From assembly GCA_003971905.1 (NCBI GenBank), contig RSEE01000051.1, positions 1-64,000 on the forward strand: a stretch of 64,000 nt of DNA, written 5' to 3'. A program made the translations under genes and the position numbers. Shown here piece by piece: positions 60,566-64,000 of the stretch (positions within the stretch are counted from its first letter, which is position 1; each line of letters starts with the position of its first letter). Below the pieces are notes generated by a model that saw only the letters and a program-made list of their open reading frames with translations, had not been told where the DNA came from and made no database searches. Source of the stretch: Moniliella sp. 'wahieum' (Eukaryota).

Positions 60566-62243
60566 GACGGTACTGATGCATGATGAGTGAAGCACCTGTG
60601 CCTGCGTCCAATGTGTCTCAATAGGTCTACGGCCTAAGACGCTCTCGAGAAACGGGGTGTCTATCAGTATCTTTTTGTGTCGTTTATAATAGTAGCGCGT
60701 ATTAACTCGAGCTTTTGATTGCCACCGTACGACAGAAAGGATCGATGATGCAGGCGATACAGGTGATGCAAGTGATGCAGGTGATGCACGGTATCTATAT
60801 GTCACCCGCCGGGAGGAGTTGGGAGCCAATGGCCGACTGTCCACACTCCATTCCCACGCCCAGCTCAGGTTAATAATATGTCCACCCCGTTCATGTCGAC
60901 GATCGATGATCGATGATCAATGACGCGATAGCGTGTGTTTATGACGGATGGATGATGCCGACAACGCGAGCAGACCGAGGGGCCGGGAACAAAAGGGCGG
61001 ATGGCCTAAAAGGCCTGCTAAGTACGAAGGCCAAAGGTGAGTCGAGGGTGAAGCAGGGTGGCCTTGGTGAAGGGTGAGCTGAGCGGTGAAGCTTGAAGAA
61101 TGGGAACACAATGAAGGACAAAAGAGGCTAATAAATTGGCAGCTTAGTGGGGTGACTTGGGCGTGTGACTCCGCCGGTGATGTTCGGAGTATATCGGCTG
61201 TGTACGTAGTCCCTGCTAGCCCAAATTGGAGATTTGTTTCTTGCTCGCAGATTTCAGATCTCAGACTCACCGATCTCAACGGCGTTAGTCAGAGGTACCC
61301 AATAAGCCTACCCAACCTTTTTCCGGCCCTGCAAGTGGCGTGTGCTAGCCAATGCGGCAGGACGAGGCGTGTCTTTCAGCTTTGTCCCAGTCGTCAACAA
61401 ACCATCCGCTCTGAGGGGCTGGAGGGACAGTGGCTAGAGTGACTAGCACTGGCCAAGCTTTTCAAGTGTTGGTTCAGTTATTGACAGGGTTCCCACCACA
61501 GGCCACACTATATTACCCTTCTGGTGACACACAGATCATAGTACAGCAGTGTGTTTGCTTATTGAAAGAGGCTGCAGCTGTAGTATACTTGTGTTGTGTG
61601 GTAGATGTTGGACTGCACGCGTTACGGCGGGTTTGCCTGATGGAGCTTAGAATCTCAAAAAAGCTGAGAACAGAGATCATACTCTTAGCTATTATATCAG
61701 CTCAGCGCTGAGCTCAGCCTCAGCTCACCACCGTTCGTCGACGGACGGGTCGACGAGTTAGCAGCCAGTAGACTGTATAACAGGTACCATGCAATGCAAA
61801 ATGTGGCTACCGACGGCAAGGCGACAGCGGCCAGTGCGACAATACCATAATCAGCAACTCATTCACAGTCGACATCCCATCAATTGACCAGCCCTCTTAC
61901 CTGTTACCTGCGCAGTCGTGCATGATGCAGAAGACCAAGCACACCTCGAGCACATCCTTTGGGCCTCCTTCAACTTCTCTCTCCCTCCGCGAGTCCGGGG
62001 ACAAGTTGGCAGATTGCGCTGGGTCGGCAAGCACGGTGATAAGATGATGATTCATATATTTCGTCCTGCTGTTGGCTCCGTAGTAGACATTTGAGTAGAA
62101 ACACGGGATCCAGTCCCGCCCGACTGTGTTGAGCGTGGGTCCCAGGTCCAAGGTTGTTAAACAGAAAAAAAAAAAACAGCGTAGTGGAGTGTAGCGCAAT
62201 ACCGCGGCAAGGCAACGCGTTGACCTGATCGCCGGCCCCAACG

Positions 62244-63427
62244 TCAACACTCCAAATAAGGCCAACCCATCGGGGGTTCATCGCCGTCGTAGGAGGACCT
62301 TCGGCGCCTTCGGTGCCCTCCATAACGGCGGTCCATCTCGTCCGCCTCTTCTTCGTCCATCCGACGGAGCATTTCGCGAATGCGGCGTCGGTCTTCCGGA
62401 TCGCTTATAGAGTCATCATAATCGGGCTCGGGATCTTCGGCATACGGCCACGAGTTCGCTTCATCGTTCGGCAACTCCTCCGCTTCTCCATCCTGGTTCG
62501 CACCAAAGTCTTGACGGATCATTTCCATCACCGCGGGTTGCAGCGGCGACGTACCATCAGGCGAAGGGTCAGCGTAGCTCGAATCACACAGACCAATCGC
62601 ATCCAGTCCCTGTTGACGCCGAACGCCAAGCAAGCGACGGCGCGACTCGGGGCATCATTTCCTCCGCCGTCATGTTAAACTCAAAGGGCAACCCCTCGAT
62701 CTCGTGAGCGTAGAGGCAGTCATCGGGGGGGGGGGGGGGGAGGAGGCGACGGGTGAGCATCGTGGCCACAACCGCCATCAAAAATACGGGCAGACGTAGG
62801 ACGTACCAGCAAAGGGGCAAAAGATACCTGTGCAGTTCTGCAACGAGGAAAAAAAGTGCTCGCACAGCTTGTGACGAGCGGCTTCCCTATACCGATCGAC
62901 AAGGGCACTCTTGTCGGTCCCCATTGGGAAAGCAGAGGATGGGATCACAAGCTGGCTCAGCTTGCGGCACATGGGACACAGTCTCCGATGCGCACCCTCA
63001 TCGGCATCCTCGCCCGTGACAAACGGGTCGGCGTCCTCAGGGACCGCGGTACGCCACTTTTGATGCACTCGTGGCAAAACACGTGGTCACAGTTGTCCAA
63101 GAGCCCAAATGTGGTGGGCACCTCGTAGCAAATGGAGCACGTGGGGCGCGTGGGAGAGGACGAACGGTCGGAATAGACAGATTCCATCCCATCCACACTG
63201 GAGACAGGTCGGATCGGTCGTGGGCATACCAGCACTTGTTGCCGCGATCGCAGTAGCCGGCCATGTAGTACCGGCAGGGCTCGGGGCCCGCGGAGCGGGC
63301 GTGAGCAATTGCGGACAAGGATCGGGTGGCGGAAGGGGCAAGCGGCGCCGCGGAGGCAGCCGCGGTGGGTGCCGTAGAACTTGCACGCCGGAGGGGAGCT
63401 GAAGGGGTAGATTGGGTCGTCGCGCAT
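62244..63427 (-). CDS. Makorin-like CCCH zinc-finger/RING E3 ubiquitin ligase; 3' end approximate
   Basis: CCCH fingers CKFYGTHRGCLRGAACPFRH and CRYYMAGYCDRGNKCWYAH; RING CSIC...FGLLDNCDHVFCHECI..WR...CPMCR; C-terminal C...CPFAG/DDCLYAH split by an intron. Confidence 0.88.
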
Positions 63428-63687
63428 CGCTACTTGGTGGTGGTGAGGGGGGGGGGGCAAGCAGCAGGGCGTGGTGAATCAACGTGTGTGCTATCAGGCC
63501 ATCAGGATGACCGGTGTCTGATGGGTCTACTAATCCCTGCCGCCTCCAACACAAACAACACCGCCTGCCGCGTCGCGCTGGTGCATTGCATCGGCAGGAT
63601 AATTCCGCCCCTTCCGCGCTGGGGCCGAGCACACGAGCGGAGTATGCTGTGCACGCATGCTACGCCCCCTCCCGCCCACCTCGCCTG

Positions 63688-64000
63688 ATGGCCAGCCCTG
63701 CGTCGCCATCAGCGCCCGCGCCCACCCCCGCCCGCGGGCTGGGGCCCGCACTGGGCCCGCACGTGCCTGCGCCGATGCCGGTGCTGGACTGGGACGTGCT
63801 GCCCAACGCCTCCCTCGCGCCGCGTCCGCCGCACGCGCCCGACGCCTCCCCCCCGCGCCTGCGCCCTCCGTGCCGCTCGCCATCACGCCGACGGAGCACG
63901 GCCTGATTGCCGGGATTGAACGCCGCGCGTTCCACACCCAGCTCGCCGGCTTCTTCGTGGGCGCGCTCGCCGGTGCGTATGCGCGCGCCACGCGCCGCGG
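63688..64000 (+). CDS. 5' part of a hypothetical gene, truncated by window end
   Basis: MASPASPSAPAP..., hydrophobic LAGFFVGALAG, then GTGCGT donor at ~63973; head-to-head with the makorin-like gene. Confidence 0.35.

Noticed and set aside
60745..60790. (GTGATGCA)n repeat sharing 13 bp with 55380-55392 across the retrotransposon
   Set aside because: Low-complexity and short; not at the element termini, whose TSD is already defined.

Overview
This is gene-dense, GC-rich eukaryotic DNA, most likely a basidiomycete fungus (short GT-AG introns with CTRAC branch sites, intron-containing tRNAs, fungal-type proteins). Nearly every long gene is broken by single-base indels, including essential ones, so the assembly looks like unpolished long-read sequence; gene coordinates are approximate and stitched across frames by eye. 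Recognisable genes: an AFG3-type FtsH AAA protein, BDF1, HMG-CoA synthase, MIA40, ALKBH6-like, RFT1, RSM27, VPS1, NUP85, 14-3-3, complex I ESSS subunit, a C2H2 factor, eIF1A, a secreted alpha/beta hydrolase, Borealin-like, a Ykt6-like longin protein and makorin-like E3. There are also three tRNAs and a complete young Ty1/copia element (identical 160-bp LTRs, GACGG target-site duplication). Best leads: (1) the AFG3-like protein keeps its ATPase motifs but has HTAAR in place of the HEAGH zinc-protease motif, suggesting a protease-dead m-AAA; (2) the copia gag and pol are separated by a single in-frame UAG; (3) the Ykt6-type longin has no SNARE helix or CAAX; (4) eIF1A lacks its near-invariant Trp. 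All homology calls come from motif recognition, not database searches.
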